From Dimorphilus gyrociliatus (lineage: Eukaryota > Animalia > Annelida), in the NCBI GenBank assembly GCA_904063045.1, contig CAJFCJ010000031.1:1-64000 (forward strand): a stretch of 64,000 nucleotides of DNA, written 5' to 3'. The translations under genes were made by a program, and so were the position numbers. Positions within the stretch are counted from its first letter, which is position 1. Each line of letters opens with the position of its first letter. This document shows positions 53,601-64,000 of this stretch, piece after piece. Under the pieces are notes generated by a model. The model searched no databases, had not been told where the DNA came from, and saw nothing but the letters and a program-made list of their open reading frames with translations.

Positions 53601-56600
53601 GCCAGTAGAATGTCTTTGTTGACTAGATCGATCATGTCGTCCATGTCATTAAATGTTAGATTACCAGTGTAGAAATTTTCCGCCCATCGACTATATTTCT
53701 CTGGTGATTCATCGGATCCCTGTTCTATACGATTGATCTTTTTTTTAACCTTTTCATAAAATATTTTAAGAAATCCTTGATATCTAGGGTTTTCACTAAG
53801 CTTTGTGCACTTTTCCATTATCTTTACAATTCCAGGACTGAAAGTTGTTGTCTTTAATTTTACACGACTATTTCTATTTTCCAGTTGCCTTGGGAAACAA
53901 AAGTCCGAGAAAATAAGGTGTGGCGAGAGTATAAAATCCATAGGTAACTTGATTTCTATTAAAAAAAAATTATCAACATGATCGACAAAAGTTAAATAGA
54001 AACATTTATTTACTTATATTTGACATCTCTAGCACTTTGTCAAACCCGTTCAAGCTATGGATTTTAGCCTTAAATGTAGTCCATTCTTCATCTCTAAGTG
54101 ACATTACTCGTACAACTGTTTTAATTTGGAACATTGATAAAGATAAGTCAGTACAACGACTTAGTTGACCAGCTTTTTGAATTTCCATAAGCACTATTGA
54201 GAGAAAAGGTGAATTCGAAACGTCTTGAAAAACTCCGACAGAAATTGAACCATCGTATATTTTTTTAATGACTCTTATTGCTGTAGAAAGAAGACCATTC
54301 ATGATTCCTTTGAAAAGATTTTGCGTCTCCGATGGTTGATCTTGCTTTAAATTTCTGTAGAAAGAAAGATAATGCGGAAAGCATGGCCACATATAAAGGT
54401 GTTTCATCAGCCGCTCACAGCTTTTAGGTAAAGTTTTACGAAGAGCGAAAGTTAAAACTTGAATATATCGATCAACATTGGCATATGCTATGCGGAAGAG
54501 GTTATTAGGAGTATTTTGCAATAGATAATCTAGAGCTTTAAACGATTCTTCATTGAAAATTTCTTCGACATCCTTGTGATAATAAGAAAATTCCGAACAA
54601 CAGTATACTTCTATGACGGCTTCAGGTGTAGATCGAAAAATCTAAAAAAATAAACAAACAGTACAATATTTTACTAATTTGTTTATAAGTCATCGTCTAA
54701 GCGAAGAGAATCTGTTTTTATCTAATAAGATGTACTTACACCGATTCTGCTTGCAATATGAAATTTAATAAATCTAGAAAACTTCTCATATACATATCCA
54801 TTTTGTGGGCATGTTCTAAGCAGGTTAGAGTAGAAACCCAATTCTCTAGCTTCTTTCATAATAAAAGCATTTGGATCTTTGAAGAAGATATCTAGTGAGA
54901 AGCAAGCGTTCATCCATCTTCCGATGTAATCTTCCAAGCGATCAACTAATTTTTCCAAAATCTTTTGCGAGGGTTCTCTCATTGGAAATGAAAATCCAGA
55001 CAAAACTTGAAGATTGAATGACACAAGAGACTGAAATAACTCAACGCTATCCAATTTCTTTCCATCCCAATGATATAAGTTTCCAATTTGTTTTTGGACT
55101 ACTTTGAGGGAGTCAAGTGCAATTTCACTCATGATAAACCAGTCGCGGTCAGTCAACAGTTTTCTGTCATGAAGAATAATACATACTATATTACAAATTG
55201 AGCAGATTTTAAATTGAATGTCTTACGATTCTTTCAAATCTTTAACTCGAATTGGTAGAACGTAATGTATAGCATGTAGAAGGCCTGAGAGACTCTATAA
55301 ATTCCGTAGTTTAATTATTATTATATTATATTATATTATATAGATTAACAGACCCTGTAAATTCTTTCATTTTGCTGTAAATTAATAAACATTCTTATCC
55401 AAAAGCAAAGCGAGGCGAGCATAATTTCCGGACGAATAGTAGCACTTATAAAAATCTTGGGTAAAAAATGCATAGGTCGAGTTGCAATAAACATACAACA
55501 GGAATGTAAATCAGACTCGAGGCTCATTCTAAAATTGTCTGATAACTCCAAAGAGCTTTAAAAATGCATTTATTTAGCAATGTATTAGTTAAACAAAACA
55601 ATAACTTACCGATTGGGGCCTAGCTCACAAATCCTTTGTTTTACTTTTGTCATTAACTCATAGCACCAATCAATATCCCACCACTTTCGTTCACGATGTT
55701 TGAAATCGAAACATTTTCCTCGACTTATGTTTATTCCTCTAACTAAATAGTTATATAATGGCATAACAAAAACCCAACTGTCGCAAAGAGCCTCGTTTTT
55801 GGACTCTACGCACATATTCAATAGCTTTTCCATTGATCTAAAACATTTCTTATCAGTAAAAGTAAATTTAAAGGGATTTTATTCTACTAACCGGTCAATA
55901 AATTTCAAACTTCCACTGAAGTTATCTCGAAGCAACTCCAAAATATAGCCCAGATCTTTAGTACTTTCCAAGGCTAGTAATTCTAGCGGAGCAATTTCAA
56001 GGCTCAAATCAAACTCAACAACCAGCACACAGGAGACTACAGCACAACATATTCTATCAATAACGTTTTGGGGATCTGCATTATTTATATCATTTTCAAT
56101 CGTCAATCTACAAAGAGTAATATAGTTTCGCAAAACCTAAAATAAATTGAAGACTTTTAGTAAAATACAGATATCTATTTCGAAAAGACGTACTTCTTTG
56201 ACCAGTTCCTTCTCATCTGCATGATGTCCATAAGTTTTCAAAGACGAGTGAATAGTATTTAAGAACTGAGAAGCTTTACGAAAGCAGAATTTTTCATTTA
56301 CTCCTTCAAAGTGTTTGTACTTTGGCATAAAATAGCAGATCCCTATTGAAGAGTATGCTTTAATAAAAAGAAACAACTTTCATTAGGATATACTGATAGC
56401 CTACCCATGCTAGTAATCTCCTTGATTGACTGGTTGGAGAAAATTTCCTTGTGCCTCGAGATAACTTCAGTGATCAACAGCTCCTTAGACTGAGGGTATA
56501 AGAAGCCATCGAAAACAACAAGACCTGAAAAGGATTCAAAGTTCATTAAACATATTTTAAGTAAGATATGACTTACAATTATTATGGGAAAAATCCTCCA

Positions 56601-59600
56601 AATCAGTCTTCGTACAGAATCTGTTACATCCATTATGTTTATGAAAGTCAACAAAATCTTCATAATCAGTTTCGCTGATTATTCCATTCTCCTCAATTCC
56701 ATATTTGTATTCAAGGAAATTAATTACTAAATCTTTGGGAAGCAGAATTTCTACTCTACCCAAACAGAGGTCCAAGGGAAATGGCCTATGATTTGTATAT
56801 AGGATTATCAGATTATTCGTTTTAGCTTACATTAATACATACTGGTATATTTCGACGTCGTAATGAAATTCCCCAAGATATTCTTGAACTTCGTTATAAA
56901 AAGTTATACACAGCTTTCTATCATTGCCGATACCAAATAAACTTTTACATAATACGGAGTAAAATATTATTTTGAGAGTGTTGTCATCCACTGGTTCTTC
57001 TACAATGTCTTCAGTGAATTTTACAGAGCGCCTCTTCCTCCTATCTCTCCTTGAAATTATAAAATTTTTATTTTATTGCAATTTGTTAAATCCAGAACTT
57101 ACTTCTTTTTCGGACGATCTACTGACGATTCATGACCTGTTTCTCCTTTCTTCTGCAATTTATAAATTAAAAGAAATAAATGCCATATATATGCCAAAAA
57201 TTTGTCTTACCTCTTCGTTAGATAAATTATCGAATATTCGTAATATTTCTTCTCTAGCGAATATATCTTCGATATTTTGCATCATTTTAGCTAGTGAAAG
57301 TCGGGGCGCAACTTTATTTTCTATAGAAGCTTTGCTCTGTGATTTACGAGCAATAAATGGTGTGATCGTTCGCAACTTTTCTTGTGATAACTTTTCATCT
57401 TGAAGCTTTTTAGTAAGGCGATTAATTTCAAAAATTCGTTGACATTCATCCTCTTCGTGTGTCTGATCTTCCACTCTCTCTTCATTTAGCTCAAAAGAAA
57501 TCTCGGGCTCATTAGAACACTCCAAGCTCTCGTCTCCATTTTCGTCTTCATCCATTGGAGATGCCGTAGCTATTACCTGTTCTATCTCACTATCTGAAAT
57601 AGCAATCTTTTCGACTGTTGAACAAATATCTTGTATTTTCTGTGCAGCTGTAGGTGTATATCCGGTGTTTTCGCATTCGCTTGACCTTACACCCATGAAC
57701 ATTTCTTCTGAAGGAGAGATAACGAAACATTTGTCGCAATTCTCTATATCTAAGTTATCATTCGAAGCAGTATCAGATGGCTCAAGAAGCGCTTTTAAGA
57801 AAATATTGTCTAACGAGTTTGTTTTGCCCATCGATTCATCAAGCGTTAAATCAATAATTCTTTTATCTAATACTTGGATCATTTTTTCGTGGAACTGTTT
57901 TGTGTTGGCCACTAATGCTGCTGTGAAATGTTCACGTTTTTTAGTTTTTTTAGACGTCGAATCATTTTCAAGTGATTGGAGCTCCTTTTTACTTTCTTCT
58001 TCTAGTCTAGCCAAGTGTTCCTTTTTAAAATCCTCATGTTGTTTTATATAATTTAGAAGCATTTCAGAAGAAATTCTATCAGCTCCCCCACTGTTTGTCA
58101 ACAATTGGATACATTGCTCTTTGGACATTTCTGCTATTTCCCGATCTAATAGCACAGAATTCATTTCAGATGAGGTTTTCGACTTTTTCAGACTTTGATC
58201 ACCTGATGATAGACTGTTACATTCAGCACGACTTCTCTCCACTATTTGGCCATGTTCGTCAACAACACCAACTTTAGTCATTCGAAATCTGTCACTTAAT
58301 CGTTTTTTGTCTAAATGAAACTTATTTGGTTTAAGAGTCTCTCTTTTCGAATTTTCATTATTTGTTGGAGAATCAGAAATTTTGACCGAGTCGGTGAAAT
58401 TCGAGTTTACTTGAACAGCAGTGCTTTTCTCTTCACATTGAGAATTATTTGATGACTTCATATTAGTTTCGTTCAAGCTGGATTTAGAAGTTTTTCCTGT
58501 TTTAGCTGCTCTCTTACTACATTCAACTGTAGAGTTTGTATCAATCTTTGGGTTAGACTTCTCTGAAGGACCAGTCTCTGCATCTATTTCAAAAAAATTT
58601 TCATGTGATACATTTATGGGATTAGTATTAGAAGTAGTCTTAGAGTCTAAAAAATTTATCTCGCATTTTTGACAATTCGCTTTGTCTGGTATAATTTTAC
58701 TTTCAGTGTCAATTTCAGTATTTACTAATGAGCTTTTTAACAAGTTTGAAAGTGATATTTTGCGAATTGTCGAAGCGACAGATTCAGTTTTGCAGTCTAA
58801 GCTACTTAATTTAGGAAGGGTCAAGATACCAGTGGTCGCTTCTTCGTCAATTGCCGTTTTTTCTAATATCTTCGTGGCGGTTGAATTCTGCGATGTTCTT
58901 TGGACCATTTTCTCTTTCGATATATTCATTTCATTTCCAGACATATTTGTTGAAGGTTTTGATATTTGTAATATTCTTTCAACAACTTCAGTTTCGATTT
59001 TCAAGTTATTTGAATTCTCTTTATGGTTGCTTAAATTCTCATATTCTGAGTCAACCGCAGTACAATGAGACGAGTTTGGGGCAGCTGGTTCAATCATGTC
59101 GGGTATTTTAGGTGCAACACTTTCAACTTTAATTTCGGATGCATCTGATCTGTTTTTGGAAATGTTAGCAAAGTCTCTCTCAGAAATAATCATAGAAGTG
59201 CATGTGAGTTCATTTTCGGAATTAGTCACAGAATCTTCGAGTTCAATGCTGGAATTACTTGCTGTGTTTACCACATCAAGTTCAACATTTTCAGATTCGA
59301 GTTTAAATTTAGTTTTATTCTCTTTGAGAACGTTTGTAATTTCGTTTTCCATATCACTTGTAAAATCTTGTGAGACTGTTGTAGAACTTTCAGTTATTTC
59401 AGTTTTGGCATTTTCAATTTCGGTACTAAATTCTTCTGTATTCCTTTTGGCGTTGTCGAAGTTCTCAGAATCAATTTTAATATCTTGTGATAAATTTACA
59501 GTACCAGCTTCCAAACTATTCGTTCCCATCTTTGAATCATCTATAGTATCTTCAGAAGCGCACGAAAAAAATTCATTTTCGGAACTAGTTATAGAATCAT

Positions 59601-61519
59601 CAGATGTGCTTGTTGTAGTGCTTTCAGACGTATCAGTAGTAACTTTTTCAATTTCAATTCTATTATCTACTGCATTCTCTTCAGAATTGTACACCATTAC
59701 ACTTCCATCTGAATACTCTTTGGAAACGTCTGCAATTCCATCGTCGCAATCAATTGTAGTCTCTTCCGATAAGTTTGTTGAAGTACTTTCAATGCATTCA
59801 GTTTTAAGTTTTGAGTCTTCGGTATTCTCTATCGAAGTGCCTACCAGCTCATTTTCTGGGTTATTCATAGAGTCTTGTGATGCACCTATACAAGCAACTT
59901 CAACTTTTTTAGATATGTTATTCTTAGTTTCCTTTCGCAAGTCAGTTGAATTCTCTTTTTGATCGCTTAAAGATTCATTTTTCGAGTCAATTAAGTCTGA
60001 AGAGGTGTTTAAAATAATATTTTCAACTTTAAAGTCTTTTACATTCTCTTCAGAATCTCGTGAAGTGCTTGCCTCAACACTTTCATTGCTTTTGGCCTTA
60101 AGCTCATTTCCACTCTCTTTGTTTTTCAAAACTCTTGAAATTTTATTTTCATAATTAGCTGTATCATCTTTCGATATATTTATTGCAGCAACTTCAACAG
60201 GCTCAGTTTCAATTTTCAGGTCTTGTGAATTCTCTTCCGAAACACACACAATTTCATTTTCGAAATTTGTCATAGAGTTTTCAGGTCTATAGAACACACC
60301 AGTATCAACTTTTAATTCATTTTCATTATCGGAATCATTTTTAGAATATTTCGATGTATTTCTTTCAGTAGTCTCAATATTTACAGTTTCATTGTTCAAA
60401 TCTACTTCTCTAAAGGAGCATGTAAGTTTATTTTCGGAGTCGGCTTTTGAATCTTGCGACGCGTTTGCAGCAGTATTTTCATCTGTTGTTGAAGTTTCGG
60501 ATGTTAGCGCTGTTGCACTAGCAATTTTAATTGTAGTGGTTTCATTTTCTGTTCTCAGGTTAGAAGTTCCAATCTCCTTGGAATTCAGAGGAAGACGATT
60601 TTCCAGATCATTTGCTGAATTTCGTGAAAAATTTCCGTTAATTGTTTCAATGGTTCCAGTTGCAATGATTTCAATCGGAAATTTTTGTATCTCAGCATTG
60701 ATTATCATATTTTTCGTCATTTTTATCATTGCAACTTTGCCAGTTTCAACAGCGAGTTTTAAATCGCTTAATTTCTTATCTCCAGTATCCAGGCTGCCTC
60801 TAATTACTGCTGCTTGTAACATGTCTGAGGCACGTGTAGTTATAATTTCAAATGGAGAAGTGCCAGTCAAAGGCGTTCTTCCCACATTTACATCGACAGT
60901 TTCGTTATCTATCATTTCAATGTCATCAATTTCAGGAGCTGGTTCAATTGGTATCAAAATTTTATTCGATTTTTCTACCGAATTTTCATTGGTCAACCCA
61001 GAAATCGAAGCCAAAGTCATCTCGATAATTGGTATAATTATGTCATTAGCTTCTTTGCTTCTTTTCGCCTTGCAATTTTCATTCGGCTGTCTGTTCCTTT
61101 TGACGGTATTTCTAGTTTGAACTTGCTCATAGTCTCTTGAGTTGTTTGGAATTATTGAAGTTCTATCTGACTTGATACCCTTCGCTTGTATCTTACGTCT
61201 TGTCTCCATTTCTGGCCAATTGTTTTTACTTCTTTGAAGTCCTCCGACCGGAACTACTTTTGAAAAAGTTCCAGCTGTAATATTGAAAAATGGCATTACT
61301 CAATAAATTTTTAAAGTTAAATTATTACGTACATGAAGATAATGTTCTAGGCCTCGAATATTCTCCTCTCACCACCGAACCTACAGCTGTAAATATGATA
61401 ATATTAAATTACTGATAAATGACCTTACGCAATGACCAACCTTTAGCGCAGAATGGGCAGAAATTTATATTTAAAGGGAAGGCAGAGTTATCAGCTCCGC
61501 ACCCTGTGCAGTCCTTCAT
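50647..61519 (-). CDS. RNF213: RNF213 (mysterin)-like protein, C-terminally truncated after AAA1; 17 exons, ~3307 aa
   Basis: Hand-spliced frame is continuous: 61519-61441, 61386-61333, 61274-57211, 57152-57103, 57049-56843, 56785-56577, 56524-56405, 56342-56194, 56136-55892, 55837-55610, 55555-55354, 55294-55227, 55163-54740, 54641-54014, 53955-51840, 51782-51346, 51290-50647. Motifs: N-terminal CxxC..FCPFC, LEYKY, WVFVMPLYNYL, YQLLNFFTALQL, LSFDHLGVIL, SPNLIV..CPTASQVLLCSDRTTPEAIEL, GKSLFI, FHLNL..LFSLLILGKLVDIDGRVW..PEHLYIIE. Confidence 0.85.
58900..60450 (-). repeat. Degenerate ~35-40-aa coding repeats in giant exon of RNF213-like gene
   Basis: Recurring ENE(I/L)xxxSxENxxD(L/S)KxExxxVE units, e.g. 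ENEIVCVSEENSQDLKIETEPVE, ENELVGTSIENTEDSKLKTECIE, ENEITNVLKENKTKFKLESENVE and ENLSNHKENSNNLKIETEVVE. Confidence 0.65.
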
Positions 61520-62494
61520 TGGCCTCCTTGAAATTTGGGTCTTCTTTCAGAACGTTCGCGAAGAACAAAAGCACGTGTTTCGGAATATAAAGCTGACGTC
61601 AAAATTGTCGTTAAAACTTTTCAAAAGCTCTATACCTGTAAGAATAAAAGAGATAACTTTTTATGTATTGTTCAAGTTAAACTAAAAACGCTTTCTAGTT
61701 TTCAAAAAAAAAAAATAGTTCAACAAACGTTATACTCTTGAGTTCAGTACACGAATGAAAGACGTTGTGTCACTTGCAGACCGGTATGGTTAACCGGTAG
61801 ATGGAGCACAGGAAGTTTAAAAGCGGAAATGGTAATAAGCGGGAAAATTTCAAGTTTATTAATATGAAATGTCGTAAACTATAATAAAACTGTTTTAAAG
61901 TTGATAGTTAAGAAGCTGAAAAGAAGTTTATCACTAAAAACTATTTTTTTAAGACAAAAAGGCAAGATAGGATAGTTATTAATGTACAAATTTATCAGAA
62001 TCGAAACTGTTTAATTTAATTCTTGAGTAGTAAAATAATAAGTTGTGAAGTAAAGTGGTAAACTGGTAATTATGGAATAATACCAACAAATACATATCAT
62101 AAATGGTTTAAATCTGATCTAAGTAATGCGATACTTATGCAAGGTAAACCTATAATAGGATGGGGAAATAAATAGTTGTAATGGTAGAGATCAAAATTAG
62201 AATTTTTATTAAGAATATTTATATCTGCAAATTTGCTTATAGATTTTATTATCTTCTGTGATATAAATATTGAAACTTATTACATTTTTTCGCTTATAAT
62301 ACATAGGATTTCGTCAATAAAAGGTCCCTTTTAGGGATGACCAAGAAATTTTTCCTAACCAATAATATTTCTGCAACTTTTACAGAATTCAGTCGGATAT
62401 TATATATAGTGCAAAGCAGATACATGCGAGAGAAGCGACACCTATGCAACATAAAAGTCGACGAAGGTGTTAGAGCATCTAGTCGCTCTCGTGA

Positions 62495-63106
62495 ATGGCT
62501 AACGGAAGTCGGGAAAAGATAACAATCGTCGTATTGGGAGCGTCAGGCGTTGGAAAGACATCACTAATAGAGCAATTTTCTAAACAATGCTTCAATGACT
62601 GTTATTCACCTACAAGACAGCGTAGTGCTTACTTTGTAAATGTGCTAATAAATGACCGATTACACGATGTTCAAATAATTGATCTACCTACGTTGGTTAA
62701 TTTTCCAAAAGACGGTGCCTACGAAAAGGATTATAAAAATTTAAGAGATGCCTCAGCCTATATATTAGTGTTCGATTGCTCATCGGAAAAGACTTTTTTG
62801 TATGTTTCGAAAATTCGAAAGCAGATACAACAATGGTCAAAAACCGTCCGTCGTGAAGCACCACCAATTGCCGTTGTTGGTAATAAATATGATGTAGCTG
62901 GTATGTCGGCAGCTTTACGAAAAGAATACGCAAATCTAATAAGAAAGCAATGGAAATGTGGTTATTATGAAACGTCAGCCAAGTTTAATTGGCATGTCGT
63001 ATTAGTTTTTAAAGAGCTCTTTGTACAAATGGACCAGAACTCTAATAAGAATGCTTCAGTTAAACTGAATGGTACTTTCCGGACGAGTAAATGTACGATT
63101 TTGTAA
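62495..63106 (+). CDS. RASL10B: Ras-like family 10 small GTPase, intronless, CaaX
   Basis: G1 GASGVGKT, RASL10-type G3 QIIDLP, AYILVFD, G4 VGNKYD, KQWKCGYYETSAKFNWHV and C-terminal CTIL. Confidence 0.82.
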   Translation: MANGSREKITIVVLGASGVGKTSLIEQFSKQCFNDCYSPTRQRSAYFVNVLINDRLHDVQIIDLPTLVNFPKDGAYEKDYKNLRDASAYILVFDCSSEKTFLYVSKIRKQIQQWSKTVRREAPPIAVVGNKYDVAGMSAALRKEYANLIRKQWKCGYYETSAKFNWHVVLVFKELFVQMDQNSNKNASVKLNGTFRTSKCTIL

Positions 63107-64000
63107 GACGAAATGGTATGATTTTAGAAATACTTGACTGTTAAACAGCTTAGGGATAAACAGTATATAAAAAAAATTACAATTCCATCACATTTTCCTT
63201 TATTAAAAAGTAACAGTTTATAAATTTAACGCAAACTTAATTGATCGTGTAACAGATGTATATTTATGTATGAAAAAATAAATTATGGCTTATTCTTAAC
63301 ATATATAAATATATTAAGTATATATATTAGTATATACATATAAATTTATATGTATAAATATATATATATATATACTGTATATATACTAATATATTTTAAT
63401 ATTTATATATAAAAATTCATGATGCCAGTCATGGCAAACGAGATAAGCTCGCAATAAAAATCAATGTACAAACTAATTTCAAATGAGATATCAAATTAAT
63501 TTTTACCTATTTTTAATAGAAGAAAAAAGTAAAAACGGCATTTTCTATGTCAGTTACTGCAAGAAGGCTTGTAAACAAATCATCCCTCGCCAACCATAAA
63601 TGTCAGGACCTTTTTCGCGTGCAGTTAATGAAGGAGTGGAGGGGGAGCCAGTTCGATCCAGCGTGATAGTAATTATAATGTACTTATACTGACAAACCAT
63701 TCATTAGCTTCAGTTGGCACACCGATTCTCTGAAATCTTTCTGTAATCGATGAGCGCTTAATTAGAAAACGGGTTACTTCCCTTTTCCTCCTCTTTTTTA
63801 TTTGATAAACGGTGCCAAAAAAAAAATGAAAACGATAATTCCATTTCTATTCTATGTCTTTATTTTCTTTTTTTCGATGTTGGCGGTCGTGAAATGGATC
63901 AATCTTCTCGATCTAGACAGATCGATTATCATATATGTCTACAAATTGCCTCTTTTTCTTTCCTGTTTTTCACTCATCCTTTATAAAAAGAAAACAAGGT

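Noticed and set aside
57665-61120. Long plus-strand ORFs (57665-58051, 58682-59068, 59096-59962, 60392-61120)
   Set aside because: Antisense shadows of the stop-poor giant RNF213-like exon; S/V/I/F-rich with no motifs.
14397-61519. Innate-immunity cluster (TRAF6 + RNF213-like)
   Set aside because: The genes are ~35 kb apart with unrelated genes between them; no evidence of functional clustering.
61419-61741. Plus-strand ORFs of 88 and 68 aa
   Set aside because: The 88-aa ORF overlaps the minus-strand zinc-ribbon exon, which explains the local GC content. The 68-aa ORF lies just upstream in the divergent promoter/5' UTR and has no motif.
62495-63106. Non-canonical G3 motif (DLPT instead of DTAG) as a novel GTPase feature
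   Set aside because: A D-x-P G3 is characteristic of the RASL10 subfamily.

Overview
Eukaryotic (animal) genomic DNA, very AT-rich, with mostly 50-72 nt GT-AG introns and many (TA)n/(GA)n microsatellites. This suggests a miniaturised invertebrate genome; a compact spiralian such as the annelid Dimorphilus is only a guess. No rRNA, tRNA, CRISPR or intact transposon was recognised. Manual splicing of the ORF track gives these genes in order: KIAA2012-like (-, runs off the left edge); SCYL2 (-); TRAF6-like (+); dihydropyrimidinase/CRMP (+, two alternative first exons); a Tpt1/KptA N-lobe + BC-box-like + LRR fusion (-); RNASEK (+); receptor-type KIM tyrosine phosphatase PTPRR-like (+); a tail-to-tail pair of unrecognised genes (156 aa on +, ~1092 aa on -); an ~8.5 kb stretch with no recognisable CDS; a C2H2 zinc-finger gene with a broken last finger (-); a 17-exon ~3307-aa RNF213-like gene that stops after AAA1 (-); and RASL10 (+). 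The four strongest leads are: (1) the unrecognised pair shares a ~120-aa domain and an identically placed phase-0 intron; (2) the Tpt1-LRR fusion keeps the Arg-His-Arg-Arg tetrad but lacks the NAD+ lobe; (3) a vertebrate CRMP-A-like long first exon sits on a catalytically intact invertebrate dihydropyrimidinase; (4) the RNF213-like gene is frame-intact but has lost its motor and E3 modules. Family names come from recalled motifs, not database searches, and novelty could not be checked.
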